Assembly: GCA_024707305.1 (NCBI GenBank)
Contig: JANPZZ010000010.1
Span: 45,531-109,530 of the forward strand
Length of the DNA: 64,000 bases
From: Chitinophagaceae bacterium
Lineage (GTDB): Bacteria > Bacteroidota > Bacteroidia > Chitinophagales > Chitinophagaceae
Reading direction: 5' to 3'
Part shown: in pieces, positions 1-7,406 of the stretch
Numbering within the stretch: the stretch's first letter is position 1
Layout: the number at the start of each line of letters is the position of its first letter
Notes under the pieces: model-generated
Databases searched by the model: none
What the model was told of the DNA's origin: nothing
What the model saw: only the letters and a program-made list of their open reading frames with translations
Position numbers and translations under genes: made by a program

Positions 1-339
1 GCCGTGCATTGGGCACTAACGAGTCAGTGGGTTTATAAAGTTGCCGGCATGCTCCTGGTTGCCCCCGCCGATACGGATCATTCGAATATACCCGCAGTAG
101 CCCAATTTGGCTCTGTGCCACTGGAGCCACTTCCAGTGAAGAGTATTGTTGTTGCCAGCATCAACGATCCACATGCTGTCATCTCACGCCAGGCCGCCTT
201 TGCTGCCTACTGGGGCAGCAAATTTAAAACCGTGGGCTACAAAGGACATATTAATGCATTGTCGGGGTTGGATGAGTGGCAGGAAGGAATAACATATCTT
301 TTGGAACTTATTAGAGAGGAGAATAATGTGGCAATGTGA
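1..339 (+). CDS. alpha/beta hydrolase, YdeN/RBBP9-type serine hydrolase (C-terminal part; 5' end outside window)
   Basis: ORF 4..339 is open to the window edge. The C-terminal motifs VASINDPH and GYKGHINALSGLDEWQEG resemble YdeN-type serine hydrolases. The last residues and the stop (337-339) lie inside the adjacent repeat arm. Confidence 0.55.
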   Translation, partial: AVHWALTSQWVYKVAGMLLVAPADTDHSNIPAVAQFGSVPLEPLPVKSIVVASINDPHAVISRQAAFAAYWGSKFKTVGYKGHINALSGLDEWQEGITYLLELIREENNVAM

Positions 340-510
340 CAATTGAAAATGTGGAAATTAGGAAATGAGGAAATGAGAAAATGAGAAAATATGTCTCTTC
401 CCCAGCGGACTTCACTAAACTTTAATGGTCACATTTTCCCATTTCCACATTTCCTCATTTCCACATTTCCTCATTTCCTCATTTCCTAATTTTCTAATTT
501 TCACATTTAC
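324..510. repeat. hairpin element: GGAAATG-type 7-nt tandem arm (324-390), 40-nt centre (391-430), CATTTCC-type arm (431-510)
   Basis: Read directly: gtggaaattaggaaatgaggaaatgagaaaatgagaaaat ... cccatttccacatttcctcatttccacatttcctcatttcctcatttcc. The arms are reverse complements with period 7. The element sits between convergent gene ends. Confidence 0.85.
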
Positions 511-704
511 TTCTCTATTTCCTTCAATATCTTATTCACGTCTTCTTCCGTGCTGCTCAGTTTTTCGCGGCAGATGCGGATGAGTTCGCTGGCGCGTTTT
601 ACTTTTTGGGAGAGTTCGTCCACCGATATTTCACCAGATTCAATTTCTTTGGTGATGGTTTGCAGTTCAAAAAATGCGTCTGTATAAGTAATAGATTTAC
701 TCAT
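507..704 (-). CDS. xseB: exodeoxyribonuclease VII small subunit
   Basis: 65-aa ORF that looks like a helical hairpin protein (TDAFFELQTITKEIESGEISVDELSQKVKRASELIRICREKL). It overlaps the stop of xseA by 8 nt, the classic xseA-xseB arrangement. Confidence 0.85.
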   Translation of the reverse strand: MSKSITYTDAFFELQTITKEIESGEISVDELSQKVKRASELIRICREKLSSTEEDVNKILKEIEK

Positions 705-2112
705 TCGGTTCCTGTTTGTGCAACGAAGTTACAACGCTGCTGATATTTCCTTCGTATAAATGCGTACTGATCTCATCGCCGGGTTTCAGGTCTTTAATGT
801 CTTTAACTAATTTTCCATTGATGCGCGTAATGCTATAACCACGCTGCAATACACTTGCAGGACTCATCAAATCCACCTGTTTGGCGATGTTATGCAATTC
901 CGTTTGTTTATCACGCAACGTCTGCGCGGAATGTTGCTGCAGTTGCTGTCTAAACTGTTTTAAAACCTGATACGCTTCTTTCAACACCACTTTTGAATCT
1001 TTCCTCAACAGCACCGCGTGTTGTTTCAATTGTTGCTGGTTATCATTCAGCGCGCGTTGTGTTACCAGTTTAAAAGAACGGAATTCGGCGGTAAACCGGT
1101 TATTTTCATTTGCCAGCAGTTGACGCGATTTTTCTATAATGTTCTTTTCCGCCTCCTGAACTGGTACAGAGAAATTGTGAAACAACTGCATCAGGTATTC
1201 CGCCAGTTTGGTGGGTGTTATTGCATTGAAATGTGAAACCATTTCAGTAATGGTTTCATTGGTGCTGTGCCCGATACCTGTAATTACCGGGATCGGGAAC
1301 TGGCACACTATGCTGGCCAGTTTATAATCGTTGTAACAGGTGAGGCCAACATCGCCGCCACCACCACGTATGATGGCGACAACGTCAAAGTGGTGACTCA
1401 CACTGCGGATGCGATTGAGTTGCCGCGTAATATCTGCCGCCGATTTATCGCCCTGCAAAAGCGCGGGAAAAAGCATGTGAAAGAATCGATAACCCCAGGG
1501 ATTATTATCCAGCACGCTCATAAAGTCGGAATACCCCTTGCTGGTTTCAACGGATATAATTGCGATGCGCTTTGGCAACAGCGGCATCTCCAGCAGTTTG
1601 TTGAGATTAAACAAACCTTCATTGCGAAGCCTTTGCAGGTTCTCCTGTTTCTCGCGCTCCAGGTCGCCCAATGTAAATGAAGGATCAATATCCAGAATGG
1701 TAAGGGATAAGCCATACACAGGATCGTAGCCTACTTTGGCAAGCATCAATACTTTGATACCATCTTTCAGCGGCTCGTGCAAAACTTCCTGGAACAGGAG
1801 GTTAATGCGTCGGTAATCATCACGCCAAAGGTTGGCGCGGATTTCCGCAATTATTTTCCCCTCTTTTTTCTCCACCAATTCGGGATAAGCGTGACCCGAT
1901 TGCCGGTAAAAGTTCAGCTTATTCATTTCAGCCTTCACCCAAAAGCTGCTGGTATATCGCTCCATCAGCGTTTTTTGAATGCTGCGCGTTACTTCCAAAA
2001 GGGAAAATACTTTTCTATCGTTTATTTGTTCTGCCAACAAATTCAAATTTCGGTCTTTTTGAAATATAAAATTTGCGACGTCCGCAACTCTGAATATCTT
2101 AGAATATACCAT
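697..2112 (-). CDS. xseA: exodeoxyribonuclease VII large subunit
   Basis: 471-aa ORF with an N-terminal OB-fold region and a catalytic core containing IIRGGGG and GIGHSTNETI, followed by a coiled-coil C-terminus. Confidence 0.9.
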   Translation of the reverse strand: MVYSKIFRVADVANFIFQKDRNLNLLAEQINDRKVFSLLEVTRSIQKTLMERYTSSFWVKAEMNKLNFYRQSGHAYPELVEKKEGKIIAEIRANLWRDDYRRINLLFQEVLHEPLKDGIKVLMLAKVGYDPVYGLSLTILDIDPSFTLGDLEREKQENLQRLRNEGLFNLNKLLEMPLLPKRIAIISVETSKGYSDFMSVLDNNPWGYRFFHMLFPALLQGDKSAADITRQLNRIRSVSHHFDVVAIIRGGGGDVGLTCYNDYKLASIVCQFPIPVITGIGHSTNETITEMVSHFNAITPTKLAEYLMQLFHNFSVPVQEAEKNIIEKSRQLLANENNRFTAEFRSFKLVTQRALNDNQQQLKQHAVLLRKDSKVVLKEAYQVLKQFRQQLQQHSAQTLRDKQTELHNIAKQVDLMSPASVLQRGYSITRINGKLVKDIKDLKPGDEISTHLYEGNISSVVTSLHKQEPNE

Positions 2113-2746
2113 GCCTTCAAAAGCTACATATCGCGTTTGTCCGAAGGGCCATCGTTATAAAAAAAGCAGTGATTGTCCTGTTTGTCCAAAATGTGAAGCA
2201 TTAGAGAAACCTGTCTCAAGTTTTTTGGTTGCCCTTGCAGCACCCGCACGCCGTGCGCTGGAAAGTGCGGGAATAAAGACACTGAAAAAGCTTTCAACCT
2301 TTACAGAAGAGCAAATCCTTAGCTTACATGGAATGGGAAAATCGAGTTTGCCCCAATTGCGCCAGCAGTTGAAAGCAAATCAACTTGATTTCAAAAAGGC
2401 GAAACCTACGAATGCTACAAAAAAGGGAGACGAAGAATGGTTGCGAAAACTTTGCCTGGCTTTACCCAATACATCGGAACAGCCGCATTTTGAAAAAACA
2501 TCCTTCCGTGTAGGCAAAAAGATCTTTGCGAGTTTCGACGTAAAGAATAATAAAGCCTGTTTTAAACTACCCGCCACCGAACAGGATATCTTTTCGCAGG
2601 CTGCAGGCGGATTCATTTATCCTATTCCCAATAAATGGGGCCAACAGGGATGGACATTCGCCGAACTGGACAAAGCAGATAAACGCGTGGTAAAACAAAT
2701 GATCGAAGTAGCTTACAAAGAAATCAGCGATCCCAAAAAGAAGTAA
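2111..2746 (+). CDS. MmcQ/YjbR family DNA-binding protein with N-terminal CxxC..CxxC zinc ribbon and helix-hairpin-helix segment
   Basis: 211-aa ORF with CPKGHRYKKSSDCPVCPKC at the N-terminus, an HhH-like LSLHGMGKSSLPQLRQQL, and a YjbR-like C-terminus (PHFEKTSFRVGKKIFASF .. YPIPNKWGQQGWTFAEL). Confidence 0.5.
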   Translation: MPSKATYRVCPKGHRYKKSSDCPVCPKCEALEKPVSSFLVALAAPARRALESAGIKTLKKLSTFTEEQILSLHGMGKSSLPQLRQQLKANQLDFKKAKPTNATKKGDEEWLRKLCLALPNTSEQPHFEKTSFRVGKKIFASFDVKNNKACFKLPATEQDIFSQAAGGFIYPIPNKWGQQGWTFAELDKADKRVVKQMIEVAYKEISDPKKK

Positions 2747-2819
2747 TCGTTGTATTATACCCGCTTCAAGGTATTTCCCGCCACAACCACCATGTTATTT
2801 TTGGAAAAACGTCTTTCTC

Positions 2820-3293
2820 ATGAAAAAAGTAATACTCGCCATTTCGGCTTTGTTGTTCTCAGGACTTTTATATGCACAGACCAATCCAAATAAAAGAACG
2901 GTTTGCTTTATTTATAAAGGTGAATTGATATCTGCCGAAAGCGAATACAATCCCAGTGATCTATCCTACACAGTAATCATTGATAACACGAAAATCAAAA
3001 TCGACCTGACTGGTGAACATGCAAAGGGCAAATCCTATGCAGCTAACCATAATTGGTATCTCGATAATGAAACAATTGAGATAAATAAAGTCAAATATCA
3101 AAAATTCGGATTGCCGCGTGTACTCTCTACAGAAGAGATTAAAAAGTATGACGAATACCAGGGAGTGGGTGCTTACCGGGAAACACCAAAAACAAGAAAA
3201 GGTGCCGAAAGCCCTAAAGAGGAAACTCCTTTTATACTGTATATTCCCGTGAGGCCACTATGCGAGTTTCAACCATATGTTCGCTCCAATTAA
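2820..3293 (+). CDS. hypothetical secreted protein
   Basis: 157-aa ORF with a signal peptide (MKKVILAISALLFSGLLYAQ). I recognise no family. A strong terminator follows it. Confidence 0.5.
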   Translation: MKKVILAISALLFSGLLYAQTNPNKRTVCFIYKGELISAESEYNPSDLSYTVIIDNTKIKIDLTGEHAKGKSYAANHNWYLDNETIEINKVKYQKFGLPRVLSTEEIKKYDEYQGVGAYRETPKTRKGAESPKEETPFILYIPVRPLCEFQPYVRSN

Positions 3294-3302
3294 AAATAAA
3301 AA

Positions 3303-3328
3303 AGCTCCCGGCAAACCGGGAGCTTTTC
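3303..3328. terminator. bidirectional rho-independent terminator
   Basis: The stem agctcccgg / ccgggagct has a caaa loop. An A-run lies upstream and a T-run downstream. It sits between convergent genes ending at 3293 and 3338. Confidence 0.65.
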
Positions 3329-3337
3329 TACCTTTTA

Positions 3338-4587
3338 TCAAAATGCGCGTTTCACCCTGAACTTACCGTTAAATGATGTTGTTGACAACAATAACGGTCC
3401 GATTCCGGCAGGGTTAGCCTGGAAGGTTCCGCTAATATAACCGTCGTCTTCACCCATACTGGTAATAGTTACACCACCGCCGCTTTTTGCAGCCTGCCTT
3501 CTGCGGTTGCATAAAAACAGGTATAAGAAGCTCCGCCCGCAATTTCGTAGTGAGCGTGCGTGCCTAACACTTGCTCTGGTTCCTTAAACGCGTGTGAGCC
3601 TACACCGCCTTCCCACATCACGAATACATAGCTGCCAACATCATCACCGTCGGCATCACCAAAACCATACAGGTTTTCAGCAAACTTTACCACCGGCGAC
3701 GCCATCCTTTTTGTAGCAGCTCCACCGCCTACTGCAATTTCAAGTTCGCTTTCATCATCTGTGATGGTGATATGTGCGACTAACAGAAATTTTCCTCTTT
3801 GTTTAAAATCAAGTTCCACACTCACAGCAACAGGGTTGGGTGCGGTAGGGACAGCCGAAGGCGCTTTGTAGGTGCCTTTTGCGCCATTTCCTGTAAGACG
3901 GCCTGCTCCTGCCAGCTTCCATTTTTTTACATAGGTTCCGGTAAGATCCACTACTTCACCAACCGGCCATTCTTCACCAGGTGCCAGCGGTACAAAATAG
4001 GCCGCCGACCAAACTTCCATTTCCACAGTACCATTTACCGGTACCGTTGCTGTAGGCGGAACGATTTTACAGGTCTCATAAAAACTCCAGTCGCTGAAAT
4101 GCGTGGTTGTTACGGTAAATGTTTTCTGCGTTTTGTTAAGCACTCCTCCTCTCGATTGCCATACACGGTTTTCGTCCTGGTATGCAATACCAAGCAATTC
4201 AGGAGCGCTGCTTTTCACGTCTGCATCCGTATAATTAAATCGGATATTGACAGGTTTTTGAAATGTAATTCCGTGTGGTTGCAGGCGATAGGCTTTTTCA
4301 GCACCCATCGGGTTTTCATCCGTAATGGGCGTAATGCTGATTTCAACATTCTCTGTTACTGCGCCTGCCGGGAACTCAAGTGTGATACGTCCATCTGCAC
4401 TTGATAAAGTGCCGCCAGCCGTGCCGATTGTTTTTCGGGCTACGGTTCCATTCAACACAGTGCCTATTGCAGTTACCTTGCCTTCGGGCCGCAGCGGATC
4501 GATGGAATTATCTTTCGAATCTTTTGAGCACGACAGCAGTCCCGTCAACAGCATCATGCTGCACAAAACAACACAAATCTTTTTCAT
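3338..4587 (-). pseudogene. hypothetical lipoprotein (one frameshift near 3470-3500 as sequenced)
   Basis: ORF 3469..4587 has a lipoprotein signal (LLTGLLSCSKD). In another frame the reading continues as GGGVTITSMGEDDGYISGTFQANPAGIGPLLLSTTSFNGKFRVKRAF and stops at 3338, directly next to the terminator. Confidence 0.5.
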
Positions 4588-4671
4588 AAATAAGGTCTAA
4601 TGGTTTACAGTAATTAATCTGCTGCAAAATGCAGCCGATAAATCCGTAGAAAAAACGGCGATAGAATGAAT

Positions 4672-5130
4672 TGAAGAATGAGGGGGATGAAGTGGAGGGA
4701 GATCGATGATCGATGATCGATGATCGTTGATCGATGGTCGATGTCCGATGACCGACTAAGACGGAACCTTCGGGAGTTTGGGGCTTGGTCGATGATCGAT
4801 GACCGATGTCCGATGACCGATGTTCGATGGAGGAAACAAATTTTTGTTCGATGGATGCGTCGTCCCGAAGGGACGGGATATCTGTAGCAACGAAATTCAT
4901 CAAATCGCCTGAGTCCCGAAGGGACGACATGTGAGCGGGGAATCGATGACGGGTAATCGATGACCGATGATCGATGATCGATGGTGAATGGATGCCGAAT
5001 GTGCGTGATCCCACTCCCTACGGCCGGAGCGAACTTTTGGCCTGTTAGGCGAACATCGGACCTCGGACATCGATCATCGGACATCGGTCATCGATCATCG
5101 GACATCGATCATCGGACATCGATCACCGAT
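4672..5130. repeat. composite hairpin element: CGATGAY heptamer arrays (4701-4757, 4788-4830, 4941-4985), centre 4986-5052, inverted RTCATCG array (5053-5130)
   Basis: Read directly: gatcgatgatcgatgatcgatgatcg... on the left and ...catcgatcatcggacatcggtcatcgatcatcggacatcgatcatcgg on the right. It fills the divergent intergenic region between 4587 and 5149. Confidence 0.85.
4788..4945 (+). repeat. dispersed ~150-nt module, copy A (heptamer array + twin GTCCC-GAAG-GGAC hairpins)
   Basis: 4857-4945 aligns by hand to the reverse complement of 39160-39252 at about 74 of 89 positions. The only divergent part is an 11-nt segment between the two hairpins. Confidence 0.8.
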
Positions 5131-5148
5131 TCTCTCTATCTTTACCCC

Positions 5149-5631
5149 ATGCCTAAATCACATCACTACACCGCAAACATTGAATGGACCGGGAATATGG
5201 GAACCGGAACTTCCGGCTATCGGGATTATGGACGTGAACACGTGATCCGGATTGAAAACAAGGAAAGCATTTATGGTTCTTCGGATCCTGCATTCAGAGG
5301 TGATCCGCTGAAACATAATCCGGAAGAAATGTTGGTGAGTTCGTTGTCAACCTGCCACATGCTTACGTATCTGCACCTTTGTGCTGTAAACAACATCGTG
5401 GTTGTAAAGTATGAAGATGAAGTAACGGGAACAATGGAAGAAACGCCCGATGGTGGCGGGCATTTTACGGAAGTAGTGTTGCATCCCAGGGTTTGGGTAG
5501 CCAATGAATCAATGAAAGCGAAAGCAAGAGAATTGCATCATCAGGCGAATCAGCTTTGTTTTATTGCGAACTCTGTAAACTTTCCGGTAAAACACGAGCC
5601 CGAAGAGGTATACGATCCATCAATCAGTTAA
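5149..5631 (+). CDS. OsmC family peroxiredoxin-like protein
   Basis: The start is taken at MPKSHHYTANIEWTGNMGTGTSGYRDY; the upstream 56 codons of ORF 4981..5631 are repeat translation. OsmC-type motifs are present (NPEEMLVSSLSTCHMLTYLHLC). Confidence 0.8.
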   Translation: MPKSHHYTANIEWTGNMGTGTSGYRDYGREHVIRIENKESIYGSSDPAFRGDPLKHNPEEMLVSSLSTCHMLTYLHLCAVNNIVVVKYEDEVTGTMEETPDGGGHFTEVVLHPRVWVANESMKAKARELHHQANQLCFIANSVNFPVKHEPEEVYDPSIS

Positions 5632-6391
5632 TGTTTTTCTTCCGCGCCCATCGCGAATAAAGCGAAATCATATTTCACCGGATCATTAGCATCGAATGTT
5701 TTTAATCGCTCCGTTAATTCCACAGCGGCACGCCAGTCGGTTGGCTCACGTTTCAACAACCCAAGTTTTCTTGCCACCCGGGCTACGTGTACGTCAATGG
5801 GAATAATCAATTGAGAAGAGGAAATATTTTGCCAGAGGCCGAAGTCAACGCCTTTGTTATCTTTTCGCACCATCCATCTTAGAAACATATTCAGCCGTTT
5901 GCAGGTAGATCCTTTATGCGGGCTGGCAATATGCTTTCGCGTGCGCGCTGGCACATCTTCGAGCGAGAAAAAATAATGATGAAAACCGGTGAGTTTTTCT
6001 TCCATACCACCATCAAATTGCGTGAACGCCGTTTCAAGACTCTCATGCCTTTGATAGTGGTATCGGAAGAACTCAATAAAATAAAGCAGGTCAGTATCGT
6101 TGAATGTACGATGCCTGAAGCCTGCCAGTTGTTCTAATTGCGACCGCGATGGGATGCGCATACAAAATTCATAGGGTACACGATCCATTCTATCCATCAG
6201 TTCCGCTGTTTTGCGGATGATGGTCGTACGATTTCCCCAGGCGAAAATGGCAGCAAAGAATGCAACAATTTCGATATCCTGCTTACGGGTAAATTCGTGA
6301 GGAATACGGATAGGTCTTCCTGGATAAAAAACGTACGGTTAAATTCGTTTACCTTTTTATCGAGAAATAACTTTAAAGCTGCATCATTCAT
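5628..6391 (-). pseudogene. TIGR02757 (DUF2400) family protein, one frameshift near 6318
   Basis: ORFs 6197..6391 and 5628..6197 join if one C is added in gaagacctatcc. The restored reading is IQEDPIRIPHEFTRKQDIEIVAFFAAIFAWGNRTTIIRKTAELMDRM, the typical family N-terminus. Confidence 0.7.
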
Positions 6392-6411
6392 GCAGCGAAT
6401 TTACAAAATCG

Positions 6412-6558
6412 CTAAGCGACCCGATCACCACGAATCAAACGCAACAAGATTGCAACAATGGCAATAACAAGCAACACATGAATAAGTGCTCCCGCTGAAT
6501 AAACAAAAAATCCGAGAAGCCATCCGATGATTAATATAACGGCAATAACGTAAAGCAT
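6412..6558 (-). CDS. lmo0937 family small membrane protein (48 aa; below the ORF-track length cutoff)
   Basis: My own translation is MLYVIAVILIIGWLLGFFVYSAGALIHVLLVIAIVAILLRLIRGDRVA. This two-TM micro-protein pattern is typical of the family. Confidence 0.65.
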   Translation of the reverse strand: MLYVIAVILIIGWLLGFFVYSAGALIHVLLVIAIVAILLRLIRGDRVA

Positions 6559-6700
6559 AGCTGATCCATTTAGGTTAAGGAAATATGATAGTTAATCTAA
6601 TTAGTGCCAATACAATGCCAACCCAATTTGTGCTGAAATGGTGTGCGATAAATTCCCCAAAGTGTGGAGACGCAGGGAAATAATGCGTAGTGGATCCTTA

Positions 6701-6868
6701 AATCCCTGTAATCTGTGTCGCAATCCGTGTTGTAATCTGTGTTCATCTGTGTTGTCATCTGTGTACATCTGTGTGAAACATCCTCGAAATGAAATCTTCT
6801 TCTTCTTGGGGAGGTCTCCCACAGATGTCACACAGATGACAACACAGATTTACACGGATAATTGCACG
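6701..6868. repeat. hairpin element: ATCTGTGT-core units with 10-12-nt period (6701-6775), centre, CACAGAT-core units (6819-6868)
   Basis: Read directly: taatctgtgtcgcaatccgtgttgtaatctgtgttcatctgtgttgtcatctgtgtacatctgtgtg ... ccacagatgtcacacagatgacaacacagatttacacggat. Confidence 0.8.
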
Positions 6869-6899
6869 AAATATCCAGAGAAATAGATAGCTTCAAAAT

Positions 6900-7406
6900 A
6901 TGATAACCCTTCGCATACTCACCCACCAGGATGTGCCTGCGCTTTGTAGTCTGCTGATAAACACAGTAGCCGATGGCGGCTCCGTTAGTTTTATGCACCC
7001 ACTTTCGGAAAATGATGCAAAATCGTTTTGGGAAAAATCACTGGACCTCTCCGCGCAGGGAAAAAGAGTGGTGCTTGGTGCTTTTAATGACAACACACTA
7101 ATTTCTACTGTTACACTCTTGCTCGATTTTCCTCCTAATCAACCACACCGGGCTGAAATAGGTAAGATGATGACAGCAACTTCTTTCCGCGGAAAAGGTA
7201 TTGCAGGCATGCTATTAAAGGAAGCTGAAAAAATCGCTCGTGACAAAGGGCGATGGCATATTGTACTGGATACAGCAGAAGATGAAGGTGCTGCCGGATT
7301 TTATGAGAAGATGGGCTATCAAAGAATTGGCGTGATTCCTGAATTCGCCCTAAAACCATACGGCGGGCTCACGGGAACTATTCTATTCTACAAAAAGCTC
7401 ACGTAA
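6900..7406 (+). CDS. GNAT family N-acetyltransferase
   Basis: 168-aa ORF with an acetyl-CoA binding motif region (FRGKGIAGMLLKEAEKIARDKG .. AAGFYEKMGY). Confidence 0.8.
   Translation: MITLRILTHQDVPALCSLLINTVADGGSVSFMHPLSENDAKSFWEKSLDLSAQGKRVVLGAFNDNTLISTVTLLLDFPPNQPHRAEIGKMMTATSFRGKGIAGMLLKEAEKIARDKGRWHIVLDTAEDEGAAGFYEKMGYQRIGVIPEFALKPYGGLTGTILFYKKLT

Noticed and set aside
1018-2160. Long antisense or shadow ORFs inside well-supported genes. Examples are 1267..1680, 3799..4404, 10251..10850, 16014..16496, 27842..28510 and 58257..58970.
   Set aside because: Each lies entirely within a strongly recognisable gene on the opposite strand (xseA, lipoprotein, rpoN, MATE, kinase, recA) and has a low-complexity or implausible composition.
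4701-5130. A possible CRISPR array or other spacer-containing array.
   Set aside because: The units are 7 nt and directly tandem with no unique spacers. The arms are inverted copies of each other, and no cas genes are in the window.
4508-5148. ORFs 4508..5014 and 4614..5084 (minus strand) and the first 56 codons of ORF 4981..5631. They encode HRSS/IDHRSS-type repetitive peptides.
   Set aside because: They are translations of the CGATGAY/RTCATCG heptamer arrays, which are open in several frames on both strands. The 7-nt period is not a multiple of three. A clean OsmC start (MPKSHHY) lies at 5149.
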